Shown one piece after another: positions 26,944-36,837 of a DNA stretch of 56,925 bases. The position numbers and the translations under genes are program-made. Below the pieces are notes generated by a model, which worked only from the letters and a program-made list of their open reading frames with translations, did not search any database and was not told where the DNA came from. Source of the stretch: a virus (taxonomy: Duplodnaviria > Caudoviricetes); IMG/VR virus record IMGVR_UViG_3300013137_000023, positions 1 through 56,925 of that record. One strand, 5' to 3'. Each line of letters opens with the position of its first letter. The stretch's first letter is position 1.

Positions 26944-28056
26944 TTAATACAATAAACTGCCACTTATATACATTTCCGCCAAATCTGCTCCAGGATAATC
27001 ACTATTATATTTCACCAAAGCCAACACTCCATTAGATCCAACGACAGCCGCCAGGGTTGTGAATGTTGGCGCAGTTCTTGCTCCCGAGAAAGACACATAG
27101 TCCAAGCCCGTATTTACTCCGAATGGTAATTTTGTTACTGAAATAGTACCAGAACCTGTTCCATTTGTGAGAATAGTAGTCTTCACGTCATAATAAACAG
27201 TATTGTTTTGGATGACATAGGCAATGGCTACCGATGCTAAAGTCAAGCTTCCAGCCGAAGATGAGACAACAGCGGCCCATGCAAGTTTCCTTGTATTATA
27301 AATTGGTCTTTGAATTAATGTTTCTGCTGTAAAGGCAGAAACAGACCAATAATAATTAGTGGATTGACCAAGGGTAGCGGCAAACCTGCCTATATTTTCA
27401 TAAACATCTGCGGCATCGGCATTATCTATTGTACTGATGGCACAATATTTTAGATTAGTTGAAGAAGAACTAAAAGAATCATATCTTGTTCCGGTTGGAA
27501 AACGAGCAAAACCAATAACAACCCCATCCGTTGCATTGTAGCCAAGATAGACAAAATAATCTTGCGCTCCAGAAGCCCCCATTCCTCCTATCGGAGCCGC
27601 ACAGGCCGCAAACCAATTTGTTCCTGCATTTTTAGTAACCGACAGGGCCGCAGTGATAGTCCTGACCGTATCTCCAATTCGGCAATAGACCGGATCGGTC
27701 GTGGAGGGATCGGCGTCGGCCAGGGTCTTTATGGCTACCGTCAGGTTATTGGAATCAACAGTAACACTGATCTTACCGTTAATCAGAAAACCTCTTGGTG
27801 CGGTAAACCCAGCATGAGCAACCAGACTCCATGAGGTTCCGTTATACTGTTTTAATCTCGGAGGGGTATAATTGGAATCAAGCCAAATGGTTCCAACGTC
27901 CGGTAGGGATGGGGCATCAGTACCTAAATGTGTCTTCCTTAGAAGGTTAAGATAGGTGATAATATCTTCTATATTGCCATCGTTCTTCTCGATACCTTCC
28001 TTAACCGTGTCTCCTGTTGCGCCGTAATCTATAGTGTATGTTTTTGACCACGCCAT
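26944..28056 (-). CDS. Tail fibre / tail-associated protein
   Basis: GTIWLD...LKQYNGTSW; follows the tail tube genes. Confidence 0.7.
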   Translation of the reverse strand: MAWSKTYTIDYGATGDTVKEGIEKNDGNIEDIITYLNLLRKTHLGTDAPSLPDVGTIWLDSNYTPPRLKQYNGTSWSLVAHAGFTAPRGFLINGKISVTVDSNNLTVAIKTLADADPSTTDPVYCRIGDTVRTITAALSVTKNAGTNWFAACAAPIGGMGASGAQDYFVYLGYNATDGVVIGFARFPTGTRYDSFSSSSTNLKYCAISTIDNADAADVYENIGRFAATLGQSTNYYWSVSAFTAETLIQRPIYNTRKLAWAAVVSSSAGSLTLASVAIAYVIQNNTVYYDVKTTILTNGTGSGTISVTKLPFGVNTGLDYVSFSGARTAPTFTTLAAVVGSNGVLALVKYNSDYPGADLAEMYISGSLLY

Positions 28057-28057
28057 T

Positions 28058-29551
28058 TTATACCTGCCTCCTACCCCAAATATTTATCAGGGCCTCTAAT
28101 CTATTAATCTTTAATGATCCCGAAGTTACGGTTATTAAATACTGTAAATCGTAATGCCAGACCAACTTTCTTGAAACAATCGTATCAAGGGTTTGGGAGT
28201 ATAAAAGCCCATTTGCATAGGCAATATACCCCGTTGCGTAATAAATCAAATCCCAAGATGAATTAAGTGTGCTTGCATAAAGTGAGGCACTATTGACTCC
28301 ACCATTGGTAACTGCTTCCCATGTCATAGCCCCCGTTGCAAGCCCTTCGTAAGTAAAAACCGACTGCATGAGTCGCTTAGTCGTATTGCTAGCTTTTAAC
28401 GCAACCCTCTTTGTTCTTATAAAACCAGGAACATCAACACCATTGTCTTGGGTGGTTGAGGTGTCCAGTTTATAAATATACCCGTCTGTCATTCCTAACA
28501 GTAAAATACGGTCATCCTCAAGATAGCAACCAGAAAGAACCTTCAGGCTTTTAAACTTCTGAGGAATAAACGCCCCTTTACCGTTGTTCTGTAGCCAATG
28601 GAAGGCGTAAATGGTGTCCACATCTGCATAAGCAAGCCATATCTGGCTGTAATACGGGTTGGCAAACATAAAGGCATAATTTTTATCTATGGCTTGTGCC
28701 ATTTCCCCGTTTATCTTTGCACCAATCGGATCTTGCTCAATATCTCCATAGGCAATAATACCCTTCAGGCTGTGCCATCCGTTATTGTCAAGAAAGTACA
28801 GATTATTGTTGGCGTTTATGCTTGTGCTCCAATTAATTGACGATGCTATTAAACTATCTTGCTTAATATATGCAGCCGCATAATCGCCGTCAGGAATAAC
28901 TATCCTATAAATCCCCCTTTGTTCCGGTCCCTTAAATACAACAATGTCATTGGCATAGATGTTAAAGTCGGTTATTCCGTCCCCAACATTTAAATCAACA
29001 TCAAAATAGACACCATCACCGCCAACCGAATCCCAATCTGTTTCATCACCAGGGGCAGACCCGAACATTCGATGCGGATATGTTGAGTCTCCGGCAACAA
29101 ATACTCTCCCATCCTTAGCCATTACTTTATAGCAATCTGGGGCCGTTGCGTCTGCTGCGGCTATTGTAACCCCATCTGTGGCCTGTAATTGACCACCTGA
29201 AGCAACCAATACTTTACTATTAAAATCAAGGAAATGTGGTTTACCGCTTCCGCTTAACGACCCTATGGACGTAAAAGCCTTAGTCGTTGGGTCAAGGTAA
29301 TAAAGAGTACCGTTGTCAGACACAAGAATCTTATCAAGAATAGACGAATAAAAAATACCGTTCGGGTCTGTTCCTGCCGCATCTGAACTATACCTTGTTA
29401 CTCCATCCCTTGTCATGGCCTGCCCGGTGATCGGGTCATAAAAGAAATTCAATGCCCCCGCAAGGTCATTATCAGGTATAAGGTTCTGAGGAAGGGAATA
29501 GTTTACCCCTCCGTCCATTCTATTAAAGGAAACTGGAAATTCCCTGGCCAT
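28058..29551 (-). CDS. Tail tubular protein B / stabilisation (nozzle) protein, P22 gp10-like
   Basis: GGVN...TRDG start; beta-propeller-like RVFVAG repeats; position. Confidence 0.75.
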   Translation of the reverse strand: MAREFPVSFNRMDGGVNYSLPQNLIPDNDLAGALNFFYDPITGQAMTRDGVTRYSSDAAGTDPNGIFYSSILDKILVSDNGTLYYLDPTTKAFTSIGSLSGSGKPHFLDFNSKVLVASGGQLQATDGVTIAAADATAPDCYKVMAKDGRVFVAGDSTYPHRMFGSAPGDETDWDSVGGDGVYFDVDLNVGDGITDFNIYANDIVVFKGPEQRGIYRIVIPDGDYAAAYIKQDSLIASSINWSTSINANNNLYFLDNNGWHSLKGIIAYGDIEQDPIGAKINGEMAQAIDKNYAFMFANPYYSQIWLAYADVDTIYAFHWLQNNGKGAFIPQKFKSLKVLSGCYLEDDRILLLGMTDGYIYKLDTSTTQDNGVDVPGFIRTKRVALKASNTTKRLMQSVFTYEGLATGAMTWEAVTNGGVNSASLYASTLNSSWDLIYYATGYIAYANGLLYSQTLDTIVSRKLVWHYDLQYLITVTSGSLKINRLEALINIWGRRQV

Positions 29552-29554
29552 ACT

Positions 29555-30256
29555 CTATCCGTCCCACCCGAAACCAGAACCCCACCGCATCTTGAAACCT
29601 TCACGCTGAAAGATAATGTCCCATGTCATTTTTCTCATTTGCTCGGTCATGCTCATGTCTAAGGCCGGGTTATAATTCATTAATTCAGACCTCATTCTGC
29701 ATCTGGTAATGACATAAAACTCAATGGCCGAATCAAATAATCCGTTCCAGGGAACGGTAGATGAATCATTGGTTATAGTTCTAAGTGGGTTATAATACAG
29801 CTTAATCTGTGTCTCTACGTTTGGTCGTGGGTGGATATATAGGCTATTCCCACGCATATAATATTTAGTAGGAGTCCCATCGTCTGAAGCTGTTTCATCC
29901 TCCCAATCGTCAACGCTTGATTCATCGGCTTGGACCATTAATGGCTTTCCTGAAGCCGTAATATTGAAAATGCGGTCTTGCCCCTTCTCGTTTCTTGCCA
30001 ACGACAGAAAGGCGGGGCTCAGGGCAGATATTGACGTTGTGTCCGAATAAGCGGCGGCGGCAAAGGTAATCGTTGTGTTCTGAATATCTAATCGGGAATG
30101 TAGCTTGGCAAGCTCAATGGAAAGGATTTCAATGGCTTTATTAAAATAATCCCATAATTCATTATCAAAATAATTGGTTTGAACTATGGCCCCGGTACTA
30201 TCAGTTTCAAGCAGGACTCGTTGAATCCGTGCCTTCAAGGTGCTGACTGTGGACAT
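29555..30256 (-). CDS. Head-tail adaptor (tail tubular protein A-like)
   Basis: LKARIQ...ELWDYFNKA; GTPTKYY...LYIHPRP. Confidence 0.75.
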   Translation of the reverse strand: MSTVSTLKARIQRVLLETDSTGAIVQTNYFDNELWDYFNKAIEILSIELAKLHSRLDIQNTTITFAAAAYSDTTSISALSPAFLSLARNEKGQDRIFNITASGKPLMVQADESSVDDWEDETASDDGTPTKYYMRGNSLYIHPRPNVETQIKLYYNPLRTITNDSSTVPWNGLFDSAIEFYVITRCRMRSELMNYNPALDMSMTEQMRKMTWDIIFQREGFKMRWGSGFGWDG

Positions 30257-30737
30257 TTATTGGTTCTCCTGATTCAACAGCTATTTCCAAGGGTTTAGGG
30301 GCGACTCTTGGCTTTCTCTGTCTTTTCTGAACCTTGGCCTTTTTCAGCTTCCTTGACTTTCCGCCGGGTGAAAGGTTACGGGGTCTGCCCCGCTTGCCTG
30401 GAATGTGTATTGTTGTTTGAACCCTATCATTACCTTCTATTTCCGGTTTGTCAATAGGTAGTTGATTTTTTTGTTCTTCATCCACACGGCCAGTATCATT
30501 TTCCAAAATAACCGTATTGTTGGGACCGTCAATAATTTTGTAATGATTTACGGCAGTTTGGTAAAATGGACCGTCAATATCCAGGGCCATATCAAGGTCA
30601 ATTTTAAGTGTCTTGGTATTATACGGCAATCCCTTTTGAATTAGGCAAGGTCTGCCCCTGTGGTCCGTAAAGAACGATGCCGGGACGTTTCTGTCGTACA
30701 AAGGGAACCCCCCTACGCTTTGATTTCCACTTATCAT
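30207..30737 (-). CDS. Hypothetical protein with AT-hook-like KRGRPR
   Basis: Co-oriented; start uncertain. Confidence 0.5.
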   Translation of the reverse strand: MISGNQSVGGFPLYDRNVPASFFTDHRGRPCLIQKGLPYNTKTLKIDLDMALDIDGPFYQTAVNHYKIIDGPNNTVILENDTGRVDEEQKNQLPIDKPEIEGNDRVQTTIHIPGKRGRPRNLSPGGKSRKLKKAKVQKRQRKPRVAPKPLEIAVESGEPINVHSQHLEGTDSTSPA

Positions 30738-31779
30738 AAACTTCCTCCACCACTTGCATTACTTTTCTTGGTTGAAATGATTCAGTCCCTGCGCAAGCGC
30801 AAGCGTCTACCCCGCCCTTTTCGGCTCCTCCTCCGATAAGAGGACAATCCCTGAAGTTATCCATATATATCATACGATGGCAAGGAGAACAATCTATATG
30901 GGCCTGAATAGAATAATCGTTGTTAAAATGCTTAGTTAGGTTCGTTTTGCTTGAATGGGTTAATAAACCGATTTTGGGCGTATCAAAACACCCTGCGGCA
31001 TTGAGTATGCCTGTTTCCGGGGATATAACCAAATCAACATACTTAGTCATAAGCATTGATGTTCGTATGTCCCATTCCCCTATCATGCTGATATTGCGCT
31101 GATCTTGCCATTCTATCAGCTTGCATGGATAGTCCCCAACGGTGATAGTTATAATATCCTTGTGTTTAAACAATAGATTAAGTGCAGTTTCCTCGGCCCC
31201 AAGCCACATTTTGTGCATGGATGAACCGGATAAACACCACATAATAAGAAAATAGTCCTTAAACCTCTCCCTGAATGCCATGCATAGTGCTTCTTCTAAT
31301 GGAGAAAAGAATAACTCCCCGGTTGGCTTTTCAACGTCATTATACCCGGCAACCTGAAGGGCATAGTCATAGTAATTTGTATGGCTGCATAATGCCCTGC
31401 GTTCTTCAACCGGAAGATAATATTCCTTCTGCCCGAAACGAAGCAATACGTCCTCATCTGGATTGTTGGGGTCCGGAAACCTCTTTTCCTGAAACGGAGA
31501 AAATAGGAATTTAGCCTCTAATGTTTCGGACATATTCAAGAAACGGTCATACCCCTTACTTATCTCGGCCCAATACGCAGACAACTGGTTATTGGGGATA
31601 AGGTCATCTTCCTGCATTAAGTAGGCATCAATATTAGGGTTGTATTTCAAGACAGGAAATGCCCTTTTGGTGCAATTCAGTGTGATATGATAACCATCTT
31701 CTTTAAGGCGTTTAAGAACAGGGGTTAGTATTACTGAATCGCCCCACGCCCCGAACCTGCATACGAGTATACGCTTCAT
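30619..31779 (-). CDS. GT9 family glycosyltransferase (heptosyltransferase-like)
   Basis: ILVCRFGAWGDSVILTP...NPNID; DLVISPETGILNAA; CSPC. Confidence 0.85.
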   Translation of the reverse strand: MKRILVCRFGAWGDSVILTPVLKRLKEDGYHITLNCTKRAFPVLKYNPNIDAYLMQEDDLIPNNQLSAYWAEISKGYDRFLNMSETLEAKFLFSPFQEKRFPDPNNPDEDVLLRFGQKEYYLPVEERRALCSHTNYYDYALQVAGYNDVEKPTGELFFSPLEEALCMAFRERFKDYFLIMWCLSGSSMHKMWLGAEETALNLLFKHKDIITITVGDYPCKLIEWQDQRNISMIGEWDIRTSMLMTKYVDLVISPETGILNAAGCFDTPKIGLLTHSSKTNLTKHFNNDYSIQAHIDCSPCHRMIYMDNFRDCPLIGGGAEKGGVDACACAGTESFQPRKVMQVVEEVYDKWKSKRRGVPFVRQKRPGIVLYGPQGQTLPNSKGIAV

Positions 31780-31982
31780 TCCCCCTCTTTCTTACCCTTA
31801 TTCCTCATCCACCACGCAATAGCTTCAAGTTCGTTGGCGTTAAAATTACCATCAAGTTTTGCATACTCATCTTTTGCATTCCATGACAAATACCACCCCA
31901 ATAAATATAAACTACCGTCATTCTCTATAATTTCTTCTCCATCTCCAACTAATAATATCTCCCGTGCTTCTTCCTCGGTCAT
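31776..31982 (-). CDS. Hypothetical phage protein
   Basis: LDGNFNANELEAIAWWM. Confidence 0.6.
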   Translation of the reverse strand: MTEEEAREILLVGDGEEIIENDGSLYLLGWYLSWNAKDEYAKLDGNFNANELEAIAWWMRNKGKKEGE

Positions 31983-32278
31983 GGGTATTCCTTTGGTGGC
32001 ATAAAATAAAAAGCTATTTTCCTTGCTTCTTCATTAACTATTTTCCAAAAAACATCTGGTTCTGCAATGTATAGGTCAACCCTTTTTTCCACCCTATTAT
32101 CGGTTACAATTAATCCTGCTTTATTTATTACAATAAAATTAGTAATAATGTCTCGTAACTTACCATCAATCCTATATTCCATCCCTACCGGATCACTATT
32201 ATATTCAATTTTACTTATGGTCCATCTTGCACCAAAATGGATTTTTTCTGTATCTATTTTATTCATAACTCCCTCCAA
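31979..32278 (-). CDS. Hypothetical protein
   Basis: Overlapping, co-oriented. Confidence 0.55.
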   Translation of the reverse strand: MEGVMNKIDTEKIHFGARWTISKIEYNSDPVGMEYRIDGKLRDIITNFIVINKAGLIVTDNRVEKRVDLYIAEPDVFWKIVNEEARKIAFYFMPPKEYP

Positions 32279-32838
32279 TCAAAATTAACTGCCGGTGAAT
32301 TATACATCTTGACAAATCGGTTATCTATCTTGAAGTCCGCCAATTTTCTGAATACCAAGTCAAAGCTATATTCATCACCTTCGGAATGGGTTTCGTTGTG
32401 TACTAACTGATAGGTGGCAAAGTCCATTGCCTTGATAATATCATCAGGTATAAAGTCGTGCTTATGGTTTGGATTAGCCCCTTCCTGGCCCATATTGGGG
32501 TAATAATCACGGTGAGGAAGATACAGGACAAGGAACCCACCGACCTTCAGTTTTGACCACCATTCCCTTAATATCCTGACATGATCTTCCATATCCTCAA
32601 GGCAATGAGAGGAAAAGATATAGTCAAAGAAGCCCTCAGAGAATATATCAATGCCCCGTTCTATGTTGCAATTAATATCAGCTACACCGCCCATATCAAC
32701 GCCTATCGCCTCTTTACGTATTTTCTCCGGTCCACACCCTATGTCAAGGCCAACCCCATGGCAATAGGGCAATAGCCTGAAGCGGCATTTCTTTACTTCT
32801 GCTTTATATGGTGCGTTTATGCCCCAGGTCATTAGCAT
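32263..32838 (-). CDS. Class I SAM-dependent methyltransferase
   Basis: GLDIGCG; FDYIFSSHCLE; LKVGGFLVLYLP. Confidence 0.85.
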   Translation of the reverse strand: MLMTWGINAPYKAEVKKCRFRLLPYCHGVGLDIGCGPEKIRKEAIGVDMGGVADINCNIERGIDIFSEGFFDYIFSSHCLEDMEDHVRILREWWSKLKVGGFLVLYLPHRDYYPNMGQEGANPNHKHDFIPDDIIKAMDFATYQLVHNETHSEGDEYSFDLVFRKLADFKIDNRFVKMYNSPAVNFDWREL

Positions 32839-32851
32839 CCTTTAATAATAT

Positions 32852-32970
32852 GGCTGGCATGGAGAGTGAAAGGAGTAAAAGTCTCTCCACGCCAGCCTGT
32901 GAGCTTGGCCGGGAGGAGGAGTCCAAGCCCACATCTGCGTCAACGGCAGTACCGGTTGTTTCCCGTTGAC
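32852..32970 (-). ncRNA. Candidate small RNA: three hairpins, two with anti-SD loops
   Basis: Stems contain G.U pairs only on - strand; loops ACUCCUCCUCCC and UUUACUCCUUUC. Confidence 0.45.
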
Positions 32971-33006
32971 TTTCAGGTTTAGTTCCTCCCATAAACATCG
33001 TTATCG

Positions 33007-33912
33007 CTATTTTGTTCTGTTCCCAACAACCAAATCAACCACAAGGTTTACTATATCAAGACCATGATGATCATTGACATATACTAAATATGAATCAGAA
33101 TCATATCTGCCTTCAGTCTTTCCGATAGCTTCTTTAATCGTCTCAAAAACAAGCTCATTCGGATACATCTTGTTCGCACCGGGCCAGCTATGAATAATGG
33201 GCTTAATTCCCTTAGCCATAGCTTCAAGGACAAACATGGGGTCTCCTTCGCTCGTACTGGTGCATAGGCAATAATTCTTATCTTCCCACCATTGATCTAA
33301 TTGATTATTTGGGATTCTATTATACATAAACAACCGGCCCTTTAGGTTTAAATTAGCCAAATAAGCCTCTATCCACAAATCATTAGACTCTCCGGCAATG
33401 TGAAGATCGTATTCTTTGGGAAGGGCCATTAATATCTGTACGGCTAACGGTATGTTTTTTACTGAGTGTATCCGCCCAACCATTCCTATTTTCTTGCCAT
33501 GAGACCTTTCCTTGAATGTCCACTTGTTGGCATCTATGGGGTTTGGAATAAAATGAACCCTTGTCGGCTTATCTCCTATTCCCTTTTCAACCTGGTCGGC
33601 AATCCACGGATTACAACAGATAATATCCGATATTTTGTTCCATTTATGATTAATCCAGTCAGCATGAAAGAACTCAAACCGCCTCATCATTAAAACATGA
33701 CGTGCATAGGGGAACAACCCGGTAAAGTCCCTGTCGGCCCATGTAGACCAAACAACGTCCGGCCTGGGAACATTTCTTAACTCATCCCTTCCGTTCCAAA
33801 CTGTAACGCTATGTCCAAGCTCCTTAACCCTGTTGACATAAAGCGGCAACCAGGTTTTACCCCATGGATAATCAATAATCAGGACATTCATATAATATTG
33901 CACTCCCTGCAC
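33007..33912 (-). CDS. GT-B (GT4-like) glycosyltransferase
   Basis: IGMVGRIHSVKN; TSTSEGDPMFVLEAMAKG (EX7E). Confidence 0.85.
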   Translation of the reverse strand: MQGVQYYMNVLIIDYPWGKTWLPLYVNRVKELGHSVTVWNGRDELRNVPRPDVVWSTWADRDFTGLFPYARHVLMMRRFEFFHADWINHKWNKISDIICCNPWIADQVEKGIGDKPTRVHFIPNPIDANKWTFKERSHGKKIGMVGRIHSVKNIPLAVQILMALPKEYDLHIAGESNDLWIEAYLANLNLKGRLFMYNRIPNNQLDQWWEDKNYCLCTSTSEGDPMFVLEAMAKGIKPIIHSWPGANKMYPNELVFETIKEAIGKTEGRYDSDSYLVYVNDHHGLDIVNLVVDLVVGNRTK

Positions 33913-34874
33913 ATAAACATTTCTTTACCCCGACCTTCACGATGGGCGTAATAATATTCCCTGTATTTTTTACTTGATAAGATAATAGATAGCGGTTTTT
34001 CCATTATGTTCCCGAAAACAACCTCAGAATTAAAATCAGAACAACAAAGAATCATTTCCCCACGATAGTTAAACACCAATTTATTAAGGAAATTATGGCA
34101 TTGGCCGTTTTTGGCCCTGTGTTTTGGTTCGTAATTGACCTTCCCTCCCCTATTATAAAACGTAGGAAGCAGGGCCGGTAAACCAAAATGGGTCATTTTA
34201 GGGAAGGATATGTCTCCGGCCTTTGTTATGTCTTTAAGGTGATCGTCATAGTGATTAAAGTGAATAGAGTCCAGCCCTGTCTTAAAAAGTGCTTCAACAA
34301 CATCAAGGCGCATATTGGCCCCATTGGTTACTATCCTAACATAATTATTAGGCAATAAAGACTTAGTCATTTTCAGTAAAGTAACAATGCGGCTGTCAAG
34401 CATCGGTTCACCGTTAAGAAACGGGTGAATATCACCAGTATATCCGAAGTCTACTAATTGCCTTATAATGCGTGCATATACTTCCATAGGCATCAATCTG
34501 TCGGGTGATGTTTCTCTGTCTTTATTCGGACACCAGTCACACTTGCGATTGCAATAGTCTATGGTTTCAATGTTTATCGACTTGATGTTGCGTAATAGTC
34601 CTATGCGTTCTGCACGTCTGGAAAGGTCTGTTTCGTAATCTTCATTAACCGGCCAAAACTCTTCAAACCTACCGTTTGGACTTAATTCTTTCAGCCTGTC
34701 GTTCATTCGCTTTCCAGACCAATAGGCTTCGGCTACCAGATTAAGCCCGTTCTCAAGGACTTCACGGTCAGAGATATGCTTTTCCATCAGGTCATAAATT
34801 TCCCTATGGACTTCACAGATATAGCGCCTCGGAGATGAACCAACCAGTAATTCGTCTGTTGTTTCTTCTCTCAT
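33888..34874 (-). CDS. Radical SAM enzyme with SPASM/twitch domain
   Basis: CNRKCDWC, GEP, TNG; C...GEMILCCSD...GNI...CREC. Confidence 0.9.
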   Translation of the reverse strand: MREETTDELLVGSSPRRYICEVHREIYDLMEKHISDREVLENGLNLVAEAYWSGKRMNDRLKELSPNGRFEEFWPVNEDYETDLSRRAERIGLLRNIKSINIETIDYCNRKCDWCPNKDRETSPDRLMPMEVYARIIRQLVDFGYTGDIHPFLNGEPMLDSRIVTLLKMTKSLLPNNYVRIVTNGANMRLDVVEALFKTGLDSIHFNHYDDHLKDITKAGDISFPKMTHFGLPALLPTFYNRGGKVNYEPKHRAKNGQCHNFLNKLVFNYRGEMILCCSDFNSEVVFGNIMEKPLSIILSSKKYREYYYAHREGRGKEMFMCRECNII

Positions 34875-35470
34875 TATCTACCTAAAATAGCCCAAACATA
34901 TGTTATATCTCCACTAAGTGCTTTTACCACATACCTTTCCCAAAATATCAATTCGGTATTGGTTGTTTTCCTGAGCACATCAAGATCACTCATGGTAAAC
35001 CCGTAGTCAAATTCGGGGTCGTGATACGAGTCTTCGCACGGTATATTCATAATAATTGTTGAGTGTTCAGCCATAACATTACTGATATTCTTATATCCTT
35101 GTTCCCGATCCTCCGGCCTGACGTGCTCTAATGAATCAAGGGCCAATACCCTTGTAAACCCACCATCAATAGTAGGAAGGTTAAGTATATCCGTATGCCT
35201 GACATCAATACCCAACCGTTCCTTACCATGCTTGGCATATATGTCCGAAACATCAGTGGCTACATAATTAACATTGTTCAGCGTAATAATACGGATTGTT
35301 GCGGCTATAATCCCAAGCCCGATTCCTATCTCAAGGACATTCTGGTTTATCCAGTTAATATCATATATCCTTCTTGCAATGGCCTGCCGCTTAAAAATAT
35401 TATCCCGGTAGTTCTTCCCCGTTTTCTGAATCGCTTCCTTATTCCAGTAATCCACTTCTGTTGTTCTCAT
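34874..35470 (-). CDS. Class I SAM-dependent methyltransferase
   Basis: VLEIGIGLG; ALDSLEHV. Confidence 0.8.
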   Translation of the reverse strand: MRTTEVDYWNKEAIQKTGKNYRDNIFKRQAIARRIYDINWINQNVLEIGIGLGIIAATIRIITLNNVNYVATDVSDIYAKHGKERLGIDVRHTDILNLPTIDGGFTRVLALDSLEHVRPEDREQGYKNISNVMAEHSTIIMNIPCEDSYHDPEFDYGFTMSDLDVLRKTTNTELIFWERYVVKALSGDITYVWAILGR

Positions 35471-36526
35471 TTATAACAGGCTCCTATATAGGCCTTTAAG
35501 TTCACTATTGTTGTAATCCATAGCCAAATCACGGCGGCGCTTCCAAATATTATTTCTACATTCCCTGTGTTCCGCCCACCTTTCGGCCAATTCATTCAAT
35601 GAATCAACCGTTATTCCTAACCCCAATCCCTCTACTGCCTCCGATGATTCCTTTGCGTTGATACATACCGGAGGAACCCCGGAGGCTATGTAATCATAAA
35701 GTTTGTTTGGTAGAGTCTGTTGCCATTGGGGGCTGTCGATTAGATTTCCAACCAGGCCCCAATCGTGGCGACTTATCTGCTTTAATAGCGTCTTATAGTC
35801 ATACCCTTGATGGACAAAAACCATAGGATCATAAAATTTCTTGAACGGCTTATCCTCACGTCCGGCGTATAGATGAAAATCTATTCCACATTCCAACGCT
35901 TGTTTAGCTACTTGCTCATAGTTGCAGTAATCAGCTCCCGTATTTAGATTCATTCCGGCGTATTCGCTCGGAAGCGTCACACGGCCCTCATATACAAGAC
36001 CGCCCATCCATTCTTTGGTATGGTATTGATAAAGACTGTAAGGGACATAGGAAGGAAGAATTATATAGGGTTGTCTCAAGGCAAATTCGTCTACCGTTAC
36101 TTTGGCGACACTGTCAGACACAAAAACAAGAGCATCGGCAAGCTGAAAAGAGTTTCGTTCCTCGGTTGTTACCCTAACGTGGGGAAGTCCTTCAGACATG
36201 GATTTACGGTAATCCTCGTCCGTTGTTCTGGTTAAAAAGGTATCGTGAACGTCTAATATGACTGGTTTGTGGGGAAATATCTCTTTAATAGCGCAGACGA
36301 ACCATGACGGTTCATTGTGAACATGGAAAATATCAGCGTCCGAGTGGAGCTTAATACCCTCTATGAATTGGCCTATGTCGCTGTAATTTATAAATGATTT
36401 ATAGTATTGTGACCAATTAATTACTTTTTTTGCAATAACGTGAACATCTAAACCGGATTCAATAAGGGGAAGGGCAATTTTTGTGACCCTAATGCAGAAA
36501 TGACCAGAAACCATTACTATCTTCAT
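35471..36526 (-). CDS. GT-B (GT4-like) glycosyltransferase
   Basis: ADIFHVHNEP...ILDVHD; LPNKLYDYIASGVP. Confidence 0.8.
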   Translation of the reverse strand: MKIVMVSGHFCIRVTKIALPLIESGLDVHVIAKKVINWSQYYKSFINYSDIGQFIEGIKLHSDADIFHVHNEPSWFVCAIKEIFPHKPVILDVHDTFLTRTTDEDYRKSMSEGLPHVRVTTEERNSFQLADALVFVSDSVAKVTVDEFALRQPYIILPSYVPYSLYQYHTKEWMGGLVYEGRVTLPSEYAGMNLNTGADYCNYEQVAKQALECGIDFHLYAGREDKPFKKFYDPMVFVHQGYDYKTLLKQISRHDWGLVGNLIDSPQWQQTLPNKLYDYIASGVPPVCINAKESSEAVEGLGLGITVDSLNELAERWAEHRECRNNIWKRRRDLAMDYNNSELKGLYRSLL

Positions 36527-36669
36527 AGCCTATCCTCCCGTATCAGCTATTAGATTACTTATCTAACTACTAACATATAAATAACTAATGTCAATACTAA
36601 GTTGATTTTTTGACGGCTGAAATGATAACAGCCGTATTTACCATCATAATATGTTCCAATGTTTCTCCT

Positions 36670-36706
36670 AAAAGGGGGGCGGGAGGGCTTCTATACCTCC
36701 GCCCCC
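36670..36706 (-). terminator. Intrinsic terminator after the capsid gene
   Basis: GGGGGCGGAGG...CCTCCCGCCCCCC followed by TTTT. Confidence 0.65.
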
Positions 36707-36837
36707 ACATATAAAGATTAACTACTATACTTCCCAATTGTCGTCATACAACCGACGATAATCCAGGAAGAAGGCCACGGTCCCGCTTGAAGTAGCGGTG
36801 TTTGCCGCAGTTCCATCTAACTTATTTAGATTATTGA

